DNA of 62,036 bases, counting the filler, from Candidatus Hydrogenedentota bacterium (lineage in GTDB: Bacteria > JBFMHD01), in the NCBI GenBank assembly GCA_040752395.1. It is 8 parts of 8 records of this genome, joined end to end, with 100 filler letters (N's around TTAATTAATTAA, not from the genome) between each part and the next. Parts side by side here need not be neighbours in the genome. Positions count along the whole stretch, not along the records: positions 1 to 7,894 come from JBFMHD010000130.1; positions 7,995 to 15,863 come from JBFMHD010000131.1; 6 more parts are not named here. The stretch is one strand, 5' to 3'. Below are positions 1 to 9,444 of the stretch, one piece after another. The notes below the pieces were generated by a model, which was given only the letters and a program-made list of their open reading frames with translations, had not been told where the DNA came from and did not search any database. Positions within the stretch are counted from its first letter, which is position 1. Each line of letters opens with the position of its first letter. The translations under genes were made by a program, and so were the position numbers.

Positions 1-1615
1 TTATCACTTCTCTATCAAGTTTATCAAATTTTTCAGGTATGCATGGATGAAAGAGGTCAAGATTTTTTATATATTGATGTGGTAGCGAGAACTTACTATG
101 TTCAAGGAACGCAAAATTTTCTTTAGTCCAGGGGTCGCTTATATTTTCGGGTATATTTAAAAAATAAACAGGTCTTTCTTGTTTTGCCTGTTCAACAAAA
201 CTAAATATAAACCTTTTTGTTACTGCAAAATTACCTGTATCAACAGGTTCGGTTAGATCGTAGTTTATGAATCTTTGTCTTAAGTCGTTTCTGTACCACA
301 ATCTCTCAACAAAAATCACATTAACAAGTTCAACATCTGTTCTGTATTTTAAGACTTTATTTAAATAAAATAGCGGGAATGCGTCATTGTCAATTCTCAT
401 TAAAAGAAGGCCATTATCGCCAACACAATTTAATACATTTATAGCCCAATCTTTTGCGTGGGTATAATTTCTTTTATTGTTAGTCTCATAATTTTTAGAA
501 AAAAATAAGTATCCATAAAATATCAACAAAAACCCTCCCAATATTTTTTCCATGATGACTCCTTTGTCTTTCAGTCTTTCAATAAGTCTTATATAACCAT
601 AACCTGTTGCTAAAAGAATCGAATAGTGTGCAGGGATAAAAAATACATTGATGCTGTATAGAATATTTTCTTCAACATTATACATTTTGCATACAAAGAT
701 AGTATAGAAGAGTATTAAGCATAAGAGGAGGAAGCCTGTTCTAATCTGTTTAAACAAAAACACTAAAAGAATACCGCTTATACCAAAAACTTGCCAGAAA
801 CAAGAAGGTAAAGAAGCATTTAGATTATTATAACAGTATTTAAGTTTTACTCTGAAGCTACTTAGTTCACCGCCAGAACGAACAACAGAAAACTCTTTCT
901 GAGTTATAACATCGCTTATCTCAGATATTGACTTTGGGTTTCCCCAATCAAGATATGGGTTAGCTTTAGAGCGAATGGGGAGATAGAGATAAGCGCTTAT
1001 TCCTATAATAAAAAAGATTATTACAAGCAGGACCATTTTATCAAAAACATTTTTTTTATATCGCCAGATAATATCTATTATTAGAAATGGGACTACAAAT
1101 ACAAGTGTGAGATGGTTGCATAGTCCGAGTCCCACAGCCAGGCTATTTAAATAAATCTTTTTAAGGAGAGGTAACTCGCTTAGCTGTATTCTTAAAATCA
1201 AAGCAAAAAACAGAAGATTTAAACTATAGACTTCTGCTATAACACCCTGTTTCCATATTTCCTGGGATAAAAATAAAAGGATAGAGAGAGCGGAACTGAT
1301 AAAATAAGTTTTTTTATTACTGATATTTATCAATGTATCAAATAAAATTAATCCAGATAAGACAACAAAGAGACTTGAAGCGATATTAACGCGCCAGGCT
1401 ATCTCATAGAAAGGGAGAAAGGTAAATATTTTACAGATGAGAAGATAGATTGGATAAGCAGAAGGATGTGCTATACCGAGTATATGAGCTGCTGTAATAA
1501 ATTCGCCGCTGTCCTCAAAAGTAACAGTAGGAGCAGCAGTGATACCATATATTATCGATCCAGCAGCAGCGATAAATAAAAAAAGTCCTGTTTTATACCA
1601 GTCAATTCTTTTCAT
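1..1615 (-). CDS. DUF2723/TMEM260-like membrane glycosyltransferase (runs off the window; not in ORF track)
   Basis: Manual translation from ATG at 1615: MKRIDWYKTGLFLFIAAAGSIIYGITAAPTVTFEDSGEFITAAHILGIAHPSAYPIY..., matching the DUF2723 N-terminal 'P.V...DSGEF.....LG..HP.GYP' motif. Later motifs AEVYSL, GLCNH and WGNP; multiple TM segments. Confidence 0.85.
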   Translation of the reverse strand, partial: MKRIDWYKTGLFLFIAAAGSIIYGITAAPTVTFEDSGEFITAAHILGIAHPSAYPIYLLICKIFTFLPFYEIAWRVNIASSLFVVLSGLILFDTLINISNKKTYFISSALSILLFLSQEIWKQGVIAEVYSLNLLFFALILRIQLSELPLLKKIYLNSLAVGLGLCNHLTLVFVVPFLIIDIIWRYKKNVFDKMVLLVIIFFIIGISAYLYLPIRSKANPYLDWGNPKSISEISDVITQKEFSVVRSGGELSSFRVKLKYCYNNLNASLPSCFWQVFGISGILLVFLFKQIRTGFLLLCLILFYTIFVCKMYNVEENILYSINVFFIPAHYSILLATGYGYIRLIERLKDKGVIMEKILGGFLLIFYGYLFFSKNYETNNKRNYTHAKDWAINVLNCVGDNGLLLMRIDNDAFPLFYLNKVLKYRTDVELVNVIFVERLWYRNDLRQRFINYDLTEPVDTGNFAVTKRFIFSFVEQAKQERPVYFLNIPENISDPWTKENFAFLEHSKFSLPHQYIKNLDLFHPCIPEKFDKLDREVI

Positions 1616-2501
1616 TGTGTAGTCTTAAAATCAAATTTTTTATGTCGTTCGGGATACTGGCTTTAAATTTTTTTGGAAGTTTTGTAAAAGGGTCAGTGAA
1701 TTTCAGTTTATGCGAATGCAGCGCAGGTCTATTGATCAGAGAATAGATAGCACCATAAAGCGGGTCGCCTGCTACAGGGTGTTTAATATAAGAAAGATGT
1801 GTTCTAATCTGATGGGTTCTACCAGTCTTTAATCTTATGGTTAAAAGAGAAGCATTTTTAAATCGTTTTATCACCTTAAAAAAGGTTACCGCTTCTTTAC
1901 CGCCACTTATTACAGCCATTCGTAATCTATTTTTCGGGTCTGATCTTATAGGTGCGTTAATTTCTCCTTCATCTTCAGAAATGATGCCTTCAACAACAGC
2001 AATATATTCACGCTGAATCTCTCTGTCTTTTAACAGCTCGACGAACAATCTATGTGCCTTATCATTTTTTGCTACTATAAGGAGACCGGAGGTGTCCTTA
2101 TCAAGCCGATGAACTATGCCTGGCCGTAATACTCCACCGATCCCGGATAAATCTTTCAAGTGATAGAGCAGAGCATTAACAAGTGTACCTGATACAATAT
2201 TTGCGACAGGATGTGTTATCATATTAGCGGGTTTATTCACAATAGCATAATTTGAATCCTGATAGATTATCTCAATATTTATAGGTTCAGGTTTTATGTT
2301 ATATTCTTGTAATTTAAATTCTTCTATTTCAATGATATCACTGATTTTAATTTTAAATGATTTAGTGGTAATGACTTTATTGTTAACCTTTACTTTACCC
2401 TGTTCGATATTTTTCTGTATAAAATTTCTTGATACATCCTTAAGATTTTTTGAGAGGTAAATATCGAGTCTTCCTTCGAATTCATTATTTATGAGCTTCA
2501 T
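1602..2501 (-). CDS. rluD: RluA/RluD-family pseudouridine synthase with S4 domain
   Basis: RLDxYL S4 start, NKP, HRLDKDTSG, GRTHQIR, GDPLYG motifs. Start moved to ATG 2501 (ATGA overlap with the lgt stop). Confidence 0.93.
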   Translation of the reverse strand: MKLINNEFEGRLDIYLSKNLKDVSRNFIQKNIEQGKVKVNNKVITTKSFKIKISDIIEIEEFKLQEYNIKPEPINIEIIYQDSNYAIVNKPANMITHPVANIVSGTLVNALLYHLKDLSGIGGVLRPGIVHRLDKDTSGLLIVAKNDKAHRLFVELLKDREIQREYIAVVEGIISEDEGEINAPIRSDPKNRLRMAVISGGKEAVTFFKVIKRFKNASLLTIRLKTGRTHQIRTHLSYIKHPVAGDPLYGAIYSLINRPALHSHKLKFTDPFTKLPKKFKASIPNDIKNLILRLHNEKN

Positions 2502-3277
2502 TTTTTTCTTAAAAAGAGCATTATAGTTGCAAGTATGATTATAAAGACAGCGATCCATTGGGATATTGAGAGACCGTAAAAATAACCACCGCGAAAATCA
2601 AACCGTAAAAATTCTATACAAAATCGTAAAGAGCCATACATAATTCCATATAAAAGGATTAAAAATCCGGGGACAAAATCACTTTTATACTTTTTGTAAA
2701 AGAATAATATTAAGAATATCAGAAAAAGTCCTGCTGATTCAAATAATTGAGTTGGAAACACAGGTGGTGTAAGAAGAGAGAATGGGTCGACCCCCAAACA
2801 ATCAGCCACAGTACTTCCCTGGGGAAATCGGATGCCAAGAGGTGAAGTGGTAATTTTTCCGTAGCAACACCCCTGAAAAAAACAGCCCAGTCTGCCGATC
2901 GAATGACCAAGAGTGAGCGCCAATGCCACAGCATCAGATACTTTCCAGAAAGGATATTTTTTAAATATGGTTAAACCCACTGCAGTTAACGCTCCAGCAA
3001 GAAACCCTCCATAAAAAACGAATCCGCTTCTACTAAAAATTATTTCTAATGGATTTTTTAAATAATAATTAAAATCAGTTATCACATAAAATAATCTTGC
3101 ACCAACCAGGCTTGCAAGGATAATATATACGGCAAAATCTGTTATTTCATTTGAAGACAACCCCAGTTTTTTACATTCACGATGAAATATAAGTATCCCT
3201 GCAAAAACACCAGTTGCTACGAGAAGACCATAAGTGTGTATATTTAGACTACCAATCTGAAAAAGTATCGGATGCAT
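2498..3277 (-). CDS. lgt: Prolipoprotein diacylglyceryl transferase
   Basis: MHPILF start, GARLFYV, GFVFYGG, GRLGCFFQGCCYG, PTQL, RFxIEFLR motifs; next to lspA. Confidence 0.95.
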   Translation of the reverse strand: MHPILFQIGSLNIHTYGLLVATGVFAGILIFHRECKKLGLSSNEITDFAVYIILASLVGARLFYVITDFNYYLKNPLEIIFSRSGFVFYGGFLAGALTAVGLTIFKKYPFWKVSDAVALALTLGHSIGRLGCFFQGCCYGKITTSPLGIRFPQGSTVADCLGVDPFSLLTPPVFPTQLFESAGLFLIFLILFFYKKYKSDFVPGFLILLYGIMYGSLRFCIEFLRFDFRGGYFYGLSISQWIAVFIIILATIMLFLRKK

Positions 3278-3293
3278 AGTATATCCATAATAA

Positions 3294-3334
3294 AGAAGCA
3301 AGAAGCAAGAAGTTAGGGGTAAGAAGTTAAGAGT
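3294..3334. repeat. Short heptamer tandem array (AGAAGCA/AGAAGTT), mosaic-repeat family
   Basis: agaagca agaagca agaagtt aggggta agaagtt between lspA and lgt; same units as the larger mosaics. Confidence 0.75.
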
Positions 3335-3832
3335 TCAGGAGACAGAATGGGACTGCTTTTTCTTTATGTCTTTATAGACACTATATACAATCCAGATACA
3401 GATACTCAAAGATATTGAGATATCAGCGATATTAAATGCTGGCCAGCGATAAGAATTTATACCGACATCAAAGAAATCTACAACATAACCTCTGAATATT
3501 CGGTCATATAAATTTCCAAGAGCACCGCCGATTATTATAGCCATCGCACCCATCTCAACTATATCAATCTCAGTTGTTTTCAGATAATACCATATAATCC
3601 AGATAACAGCAATGATGCTGATGCTTATTAAAATTATTTTTTTATCCTTGAGGATTCCAAACGCAGCGCCTGTATTTTCAACATAAGAGAGTCTGATATA
3701 ATTGCCGAGGATTTCAAAAGATTCATTAAAAAAAAGGGTATTTTCAGCCACACGCTTTGTCAATTGGTCAAGAGACATAATAAGAATAACCGTTATTAAA
3801 AATACTAAATGATAGTAATATTTATGTTTCAC
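3335..3832 (-). CDS. lspA: Lipoprotein signal peptidase II
   Basis: DQLTK, NTGAAFG, GGALGNLYDR, VVDF, FNIAD motifs; downstream of ileS. Confidence 0.96.
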   Translation of the reverse strand: MKHKYYYHLVFLITVILIMSLDQLTKRVAENTLFFNESFEILGNYIRLSYVENTGAAFGILKDKKIILISISIIAVIWIIWYYLKTTEIDIVEMGAMAIIIGGALGNLYDRIFRGYVVDFFDVGINSYRWPAFNIADISISLSICIWIVYSVYKDIKKKQSHSVS

Positions 3833-4191
3833 TATAATTTCTCAGAAATTTGGCGACAGTCTATACAAAATCTTGCGTAAGGTTCAGCATTAAGCCGTTT
3901 CTTTGGTATTTTATTATGACAATTCTCACATATGCCGTATCTACCCTTCTCAATTTTTAAAAGAGAGAAATCTATTTCTTTCAATGTTTTTACCAGATGT
4001 TTATTTAATGATATATGGTTTTGACGCTGTAATGTTTCATCAGCGATATCAGTGAGATGCGTTGAATGGTGAGAGATACTAAAATTACCCGTGTTATTCT
4101 CATCATCAGAAGAAAATGACAGGTCATCAAGTATTTCTTTCTTCAAATTAATTAGCTTCTTTTGATATTGTTTTAACTCTTTTTTATTCAT
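3832..4191 (-). CDS. TraR/DksA C4-type zinc finger protein
   Basis: Coiled coil followed by YGICENC...RL.AEPYARFCIDC. Confidence 0.9.
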   Translation of the reverse strand: MNKKELKQYQKKLINLKKEILDDLSFSSDDENNTGNFSISHHSTHLTDIADETLQRQNHISLNKHLVKTLKEIDFSLLKIEKGRYGICENCHNKIPKKRLNAEPYARFCIDCRQISEKL

Positions 4192-6917
4192 ATGTTACAA
4201 TGTATTTTACAGATATCGCAGATTTCTTCTTCAAATTTTGAGTATTTCCAGCATCGCGGACATTTTTTACCATCGGTACGAGTAGCCTCTATTATTAATT
4301 CATTGCCGTCTATATTCTCTATTTCAAGTTCTGATACTATAAACGCCTCTTTTAATAATAAATCAACATTATCTCTCATAAATAATTTTGATTTATATTC
4401 TTTTCCTATTTTAAGTTTTATCTTAGCTTCAAGCGAGCTACCAATAGTTCCTGCTTTTGTGAGTTTTTCTCGCTCTTTATTTACTTTATCTCTGATTTCA
4501 AGTAATTCGTTAAAGAAATTTTCAATCTCTAAATCTCTTTTTAGTTCTTCTTTTTTGGGGAAAGAAGATAGATGAACGCATAATTTTTTATTATCTGGTA
4601 GATGTCTCCATATCTCTTCAGTTGTAAAACTCAATATAGGTGCAAGGAGCCTGCATAATACTGTTATTATACTTAACATTGCGCTTTGGGAACTACGGCG
4701 TTGTAAGTCGTCTTTTTTATGCGTATAAAGACGGTCTTTTAAGATATCCAGATAAAAAGATGAAAGTAAAGTGCAGAATCTATTTACTGAATGAACTATA
4801 CTATGAAACCTGTATTCATCATAAGCATCTATAACTTCAGCAACAAGAGCTGATGTGATAGATAAACTCCATTTATCAAAGATATCCATTTTTTCGTATG
4901 GAACAGTGTCTGTTGCAGGATTAAAATCTGATATATTACCGAGAATAAATCTTGCGGTATTTCGAATCCTTTTATAAATTTCGCCAACCTGTATTAATAT
5001 TTTTTCAGATAATCGTATATCTTCTCTGTAATCTTCACTTGCTACCCAGAGCCTTAACACATCAGCACCATGTTTCTTTATAACTTCCTGCGGTGATATT
5101 ACATTACCTGCACTTTTATGCATCGCTCTTCCCTCGCCATCAAGTAGAAATCCGTGTGTTAAGACAGATTCAAAAGCTGGTATCTCTTCTATAGCCATTG
5201 AACAAATCAGCGAGGATTGGAACCATCCTCGATGCTGGTCCGAACCCTCAAGATATAAAGCAACAGGGAACCCGAGTTCTTTATTTTTTTTACATACAGC
5301 ATACCAAGAAACACCACTGTCAAACCAGACATCAAGTATATCCTGTACGGGTTTTAAATTTTTACTTTTACATTTAGAACATTCGTATTTTTGTGAGACT
5401 TTATAATCTTCATCAAACCAGTAATCCAGCCCCTGTTGTCTTGTTATATTTATCATCTCCTTGAGCCACTCAATCTCAATGAACTCATTTCCACAATTTA
5501 CGCACTTAAATGCAGGTAGAGGCACACCCCAGACACGTTGTCTTGATAAACACCAGTCAGGTCTTATCTCAATCATCGACCTGAACCTTATCTCACCCCA
5601 TGCCGGTATCCACCTTATCTCTTTCATTTTATCAAGAATATTTTTTCTTAAATTGTTATGTTCGACATTAATAAACCATTGTTCAGTAGCACGAAATAGA
5701 ACAGGGTTTTTACACCGCCAGCAATGTGGATAAGAATGCGTTATTTTACCTGACTTTACAAGTAATTTAGTTTTTTTCAAATCTTCAATAATAATATCAT
5801 TAGCGTCCTGGACAAATAATCCCTGATATTTGCCTGCGGATTCAGTGAATCTACCATATTTATTTACAGGCGAATATGGTTTCATTCCGTATTTTATGCC
5901 GATTAAATAATCTTCAAGTCCGTGTCCTGGTGCTGTATGCACGCAACCTGTACCAGATTCTTTTGTAACATGTTTACCAAGTATAACTATTGATTCTTTT
6001 TGGGGATACAAACAATGAAAACATTTTTTATGCTCAAGACCTGATGGAGATATTTTTTCAATTATTTCAACATTCTGTAATTTGCATTCTTTAATAAATG
6101 AGTCTTTCAAATCAGAAGCTATAATATAACATTCTTCTGTCTCTTTAACTTTGATTTTTATATATGTAAAATCCGGATTAAGACATACTGCCTGGTTTGC
6201 AGGCAGTGTCCAGGGCGTGGTAGTCCAGATAACAAGATATGTGTTATCCTCATCTTTTAGTTTGAATTTTACATATATCGAGTGTGAGGTATGGTCATCA
6301 TATTCTACCTCAGCTTCAGCTAACGCGGTCGCACAATGCGGACACCAGTATATAGGTTTATTTCCTCTATAGATATACCCCTTCTCGTAAAGAAGTAGAA
6401 ATGCTTCTAAAATACTTGCTTCATAATCAAAACTCATTGTAAGATAAGAGCTATCCCACTCGCCAAATACACCAAGCCGAATAAAGTCAGTTTTTTGGAT
6501 TTCGGAATATTTATTTGCAAATTCTCTGCATCTTTCCCGTATCTCTACTTTGGTTAATTGTTCTTTAGTTTTTTTAAAATCTTTAGTTACGTTTAATTCT
6601 ATGGGTAACCCGTGACAATCCCAGCCCGGTATGTACGGTGCATCGTAACCCTGCATTGTATAGTATTTAACAATTATATCCTTTAATATCTTATTAAGAG
6701 CGTGGCCCATATGTATCTCACCATTGGCATAAGGCGGGCCATCATGCAATACGTATTTTTTCTTACCTTTATTTTTATTTTTTATCTCTTTATATAATTG
6801 AATGTTTTCCCAGAATTTTAAGATTTCCGGCTCGCGTGTAGCAAGATTCGCCTTCATCGGGAAATCTGTTTTTGGTAAATTTAATGTTTTAACCCAGTCC
6901 ATTTCACGATGCTCCAT
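4188..6917 (-). CDS. ileS: Isoleucine--tRNA ligase
   Basis: TLNLPKTDFPM, HDGPPYANG-HMGH, GWDCHGLPIE, WTTTPWTLP, EGSDQHRGWF, C-terminal CPRCW zinc finger. The KMSKS loop reads AMHKS. Confidence 0.98.
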   Translation of the reverse strand: MEHREMDWVKTLNLPKTDFPMKANLATREPEILKFWENIQLYKEIKNKNKGKKKYVLHDGPPYANGEIHMGHALNKILKDIIVKYYTMQGYDAPYIPGWDCHGLPIELNVTKDFKKTKEQLTKVEIRERCREFANKYSEIQKTDFIRLGVFGEWDSSYLTMSFDYEASILEAFLLLYEKGYIYRGNKPIYWCPHCATALAEAEVEYDDHTSHSIYVKFKLKDEDNTYLVIWTTTPWTLPANQAVCLNPDFTYIKIKVKETEECYIIASDLKDSFIKECKLQNVEIIEKISPSGLEHKKCFHCLYPQKESIVILGKHVTKESGTGCVHTAPGHGLEDYLIGIKYGMKPYSPVNKYGRFTESAGKYQGLFVQDANDIIIEDLKKTKLLVKSGKITHSYPHCWRCKNPVLFRATEQWFINVEHNNLRKNILDKMKEIRWIPAWGEIRFRSMIEIRPDWCLSRQRVWGVPLPAFKCVNCGNEFIEIEWLKEMINITRQQGLDYWFDEDYKVSQKYECSKCKSKNLKPVQDILDVWFDSGVSWYAVCKKNKELGFPVALYLEGSDQHRGWFQSSLICSMAIEEIPAFESVLTHGFLLDGEGRAMHKSAGNVISPQEVIKKHGADVLRLWVASEDYREDIRLSEKILIQVGEIYKRIRNTARFILGNISDFNPATDTVPYEKMDIFDKWSLSITSALVAEVIDAYDEYRFHSIVHSVNRFCTLLSSFYLDILKDRLYTHKKDDLQRRSSQSAMLSIITVLCRLLAPILSFTTEEIWRHLPDNKKLCVHLSSFPKKEELKRDLEIENFFNELLEIRDKVNKEREKLTKAGTIGSSLEAKIKLKIGKEYKSKLFMRDNVDLLLKEAFIVSELEIENIDGNELIIEATRTDGKKCPRCWKYSKFEEEICDICKIHCNI

Positions 6918-6996
6918 TGCTATCCGAGAGACTTCAAAGCGGCAAGTAAACTCCTATAACTATGCAGAGGTATGAAGTAAATTTTAATTTTAATAT

Positions 6997-7893
6997 TTAA
7001 TAACTAAGATTGTCAAGGATTAAACGAGAGGCTTCTAATAAATCTTTTACTATAAAATCAGGTTTTTTATTAAAAGAATCGATCTCTTTAAGGGTTTCGG
7101 TCCCATTGCCAGTTAAAACAAGTATAGATTTGCAGCCAGCATTCTTTGCGGTCTCAATATCGCTTAATCTATCGCCTATAACATATGATCTACTAACGTT
7201 TATACCATATTCATCTCGCGCAAGATAAATAAGACCTGGGTTTGGCTTTCTATAGTGTGGGTTTTTTCTATGTTTTTCATCAGATGCATCTTCATAATAG
7301 GTAGAATAATATATTTTATCAATATATGCGTCTTTTTCTTTTAATAGAGCTATCATTTTATTGTGTATCTTTTCTAAATCCTCTTCTGTGAAATAGCCGC
7401 GGCCAACCCCGGATTGATTTGTTAGAGTAAATACCAGTATACCTGCCTGATTTAAGAGCTTTATGCCTTCAGCTGCTGCTGGATATAATTCAAACTCCTC
7501 TGGCTTATTAATATAACCGGGGTCAGGATTTATAGTTCCGTCCCTATCTATGAATACAGCTATCTTTGTCTTACCAGCTTCTGGTTGTTGGGGCTGTGGT
7601 TCAGGTTTTGGAAGTGGCAGTTGCTTTTCTTTTTCTATTTCTTTTAAAAAAATCTCGAGTCTTTGTATTACTTCAGCTACTTCAACTTCTTTAATGCATT
7701 TATAATCTTTACATTTGTTAATATTACATTTCTTACGACACTTTATATATTTTTCAAAATAATACTGCATAGGGAAGACAGGGTCGGTCCAGGATAAAGC
7801 ACCAACAGGACCAAAAATAGTAAACGTTGGGATACCAACAGCTCTTGCTATATGCTTATGTACGTTATCATTTCCCAAATAGAACCTTGCAAA
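6997..7893 (-). CDS. GT9 heptosyltransferase C-terminus fused to GmhB-like heptose bisphosphate phosphatase (5' truncated at contig end)
   Basis: GND...H.A.AVGIPTFTIFGP (GT9 C-terminus), Pro/Gln linker, then FIDRDGTIN, TNQSGVGRG, RKPNPG, IGDRLSD (HAD-IIIA GmhB). Confidence 0.85.
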   Translation of the reverse strand, partial: FARFYLGNDNVHKHIARAVGIPTFTIFGPVGALSWTDPVFPMQYYFEKYIKCRKKCNINKCKDYKCIKEVEVAEVIQRLEIFLKEIEKEKQLPLPKPEPQPQQPEAGKTKIAVFIDRDGTINPDPGYINKPEEFELYPAAAEGIKLLNQAGILVFTLTNQSGVGRGYFTEEDLEKIHNKMIALLKEKDAYIDKIYYSTYYEDASDEKHRKNPHYRKPNPGLIYLARDEYGINVSRSYVIGDRLSDIETAKNAGCKSILVLTGNGTETLKEIDSFNKKPDFIVKDLLEASRLILDNLSY

Positions 7894-7894
7894 C

Positions 7895-7994
7895 NNNNNN
7901 NNNNNNNNNNNNNNNNNNNNNNNNNNNNNNNNNNNNNNTTAATTAATTAANNNNNNNNNNNNNNNNNNNNNNNNNNNNNNNNNNNNNNNNNNNN
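7895..7994. other. Artificial contig linker (N44-TTAATTAATTAA-N44)
   Basis: 100-bp N run with a six-frame stop spacer; identical linkers occur elsewhere in the window. Confidence 0.99.
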
Positions 7995-7995
7995 A

Positions 7996-9435
7996 AGGGA
8001 CTTATTTTTTATCGGGTTAATGATACCGAATACACTTTCGAGGCTTCTTGGCGAGGGCGCTTTTTCAAGCGGATTTTTACCTATATTTTCGAGGATGTCA
8101 AGCGCTGGCGAAGATGATAGGCTCAATGAATTAACGAGTGTAATATTAAATGTTGTGTGTCTGGTATCGACTGGTTTATGTCTTATAGTCTGGTTGAGCG
8201 TACCCTGCATTTACAAGATATTTTTCTTTTTAGAACCAAGAGATAAGAGTTTATACCCATTAGCTATTTTTATAACAAGGTGGATGGTTCCCTGTATGAT
8301 ATTTATTGCCTTGTGTGCGATCGGTATGGCGTATTTAAATTCGAGACGCAGGTTCTTTGTTCCTGCAATGGCTTCATCAATACTAAATCTATGCTTAATA
8401 ATATTTCCGATATCTGCTTCTTTTATTCCTGATTCAGATGATTTAACGATCCTTCATTCGTTAGCTATCGGAGTTTTCGCAGGTGGTATTATACAATTTT
8501 TAGTATATTTAATCACTATGTTAAAGGCTGGTTTTAGATATACAGGAATTATTATAAAAAAATTACAGGAACTTATTGAAGGGTTTAAGAGAATGATACC
8601 TTCGATGATAGGTATGAGCATTCTGGAGATAAACATAGTTATAGATAAAATATTAGCGTGGTTATTACCTGTAGGTGGAATCTCAGCCTTATATTATTCG
8701 GGTCATCTTTTTAATTTACCGCTTGCATTAATAGGTTATTCAGTTTCAGTAGCTTCATTTCCAGAGATGAGTACAAGGAAAGGGGGAGAGTTATCAAAGA
8801 AGGTGATAGAATCAAAAGAGATTATAATTTTTGGTACCATACCAGCTATAGCTGGTTTAATATCCGCAGGTGGTTGGATTATCAGGGGTTTATTTTTTGG
8901 TGGTAGATTTGGGCAATGGGATTTACAGGCAACGTATCTTTGTTTATTATTTTTTTCAATGGGGATATATTTTCATTCTCTTTATAAATTACTCATAATA
9001 ACATTTTTTTCAATAGATGATACTGTTACGCCGTTTAAGATTAGTATAGCCGGGATAATAATCAATTTAATATTAAACCTGGTGCTTATGCAGGTATTAT
9101 CTTTTACAGGGCTTGCTCTTTCCACTACTATAACCGGCGGTATAAATGTTTTTACTGCTGAGTTAATATTAAAAAAGCGGGGAATAATTATCTCAAATAG
9201 AGAGACGAGAAAATTTTTATTAAAGAATATATTAATCTCATTATTAATGGGGTTAGTTGTTTTTGGGTTTGGTTATTTTCTTGACTTATTAATAATAGGC
9301 TTGACTATTTTAAAATTGTTTGTTATTATTCCTTTTGGTATTCTGGTTCATTATATTTTATTAAGGCTAATGGGTTTAGAGCAGGGGTTAGAATTTTATA
9401 AAAGAATTTTATCAAAATCCGGGTTAAATTTATAG
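7996..9435 (+). CDS. murJ: Lipid II flippase MurJ/MviN (5' truncated)
   Basis: IPNTLSRLLGEGAFSSGFLPIF motif; IDKILA..LP.GGISALYY...L.NLP; many TM helices. Confidence 0.92.
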   Translation, partial: RDLFFIGLMIPNTLSRLLGEGAFSSGFLPIFSRMSSAGEDDRLNELTSVILNVVCLVSTGLCLIVWLSVPCIYKIFFFLEPRDKSLYPLAIFITRWMVPCMIFIALCAIGMAYLNSRRRFFVPAMASSILNLCLIIFPISASFIPDSDDLTILHSLAIGVFAGGIIQFLVYLITMLKAGFRYTGIIIKKLQELIEGFKRMIPSMIGMSILEINIVIDKILAWLLPVGGISALYYSGHLFNLPLALIGYSVSVASFPEMSTRKGGELSKKVIESKEIIIFGTIPAIAGLISAGGWIIRGLFFGGRFGQWDLQATYLCLLFFSMGIYFHSLYKLLIITFFSIDDTVTPFKISIAGIIINLILNLVLMQVLSFTGLALSTTITGGINVFTAELILKKRGIIISNRETRKFLLKNILISLLMGLVVFGFGYFLDLLIIGLTILKLFVIIPFGILVHYILLRLMGLEQGLEFYKRILSKSGLNL

Positions 9436-9444
9436 GGGTAAAAG

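Noticed and set aside
4192-6372. Several antisense ORFs within ileS (and equivalents within other long genes)
   Set aside because: They fully overlap well-supported genes on the opposite strand and have no SD or recognisable domains.
7939-7950. TTAATTAATTAA palindromes repeated seven times
   Set aside because: Artificial six-frame stop linkers inside N runs.
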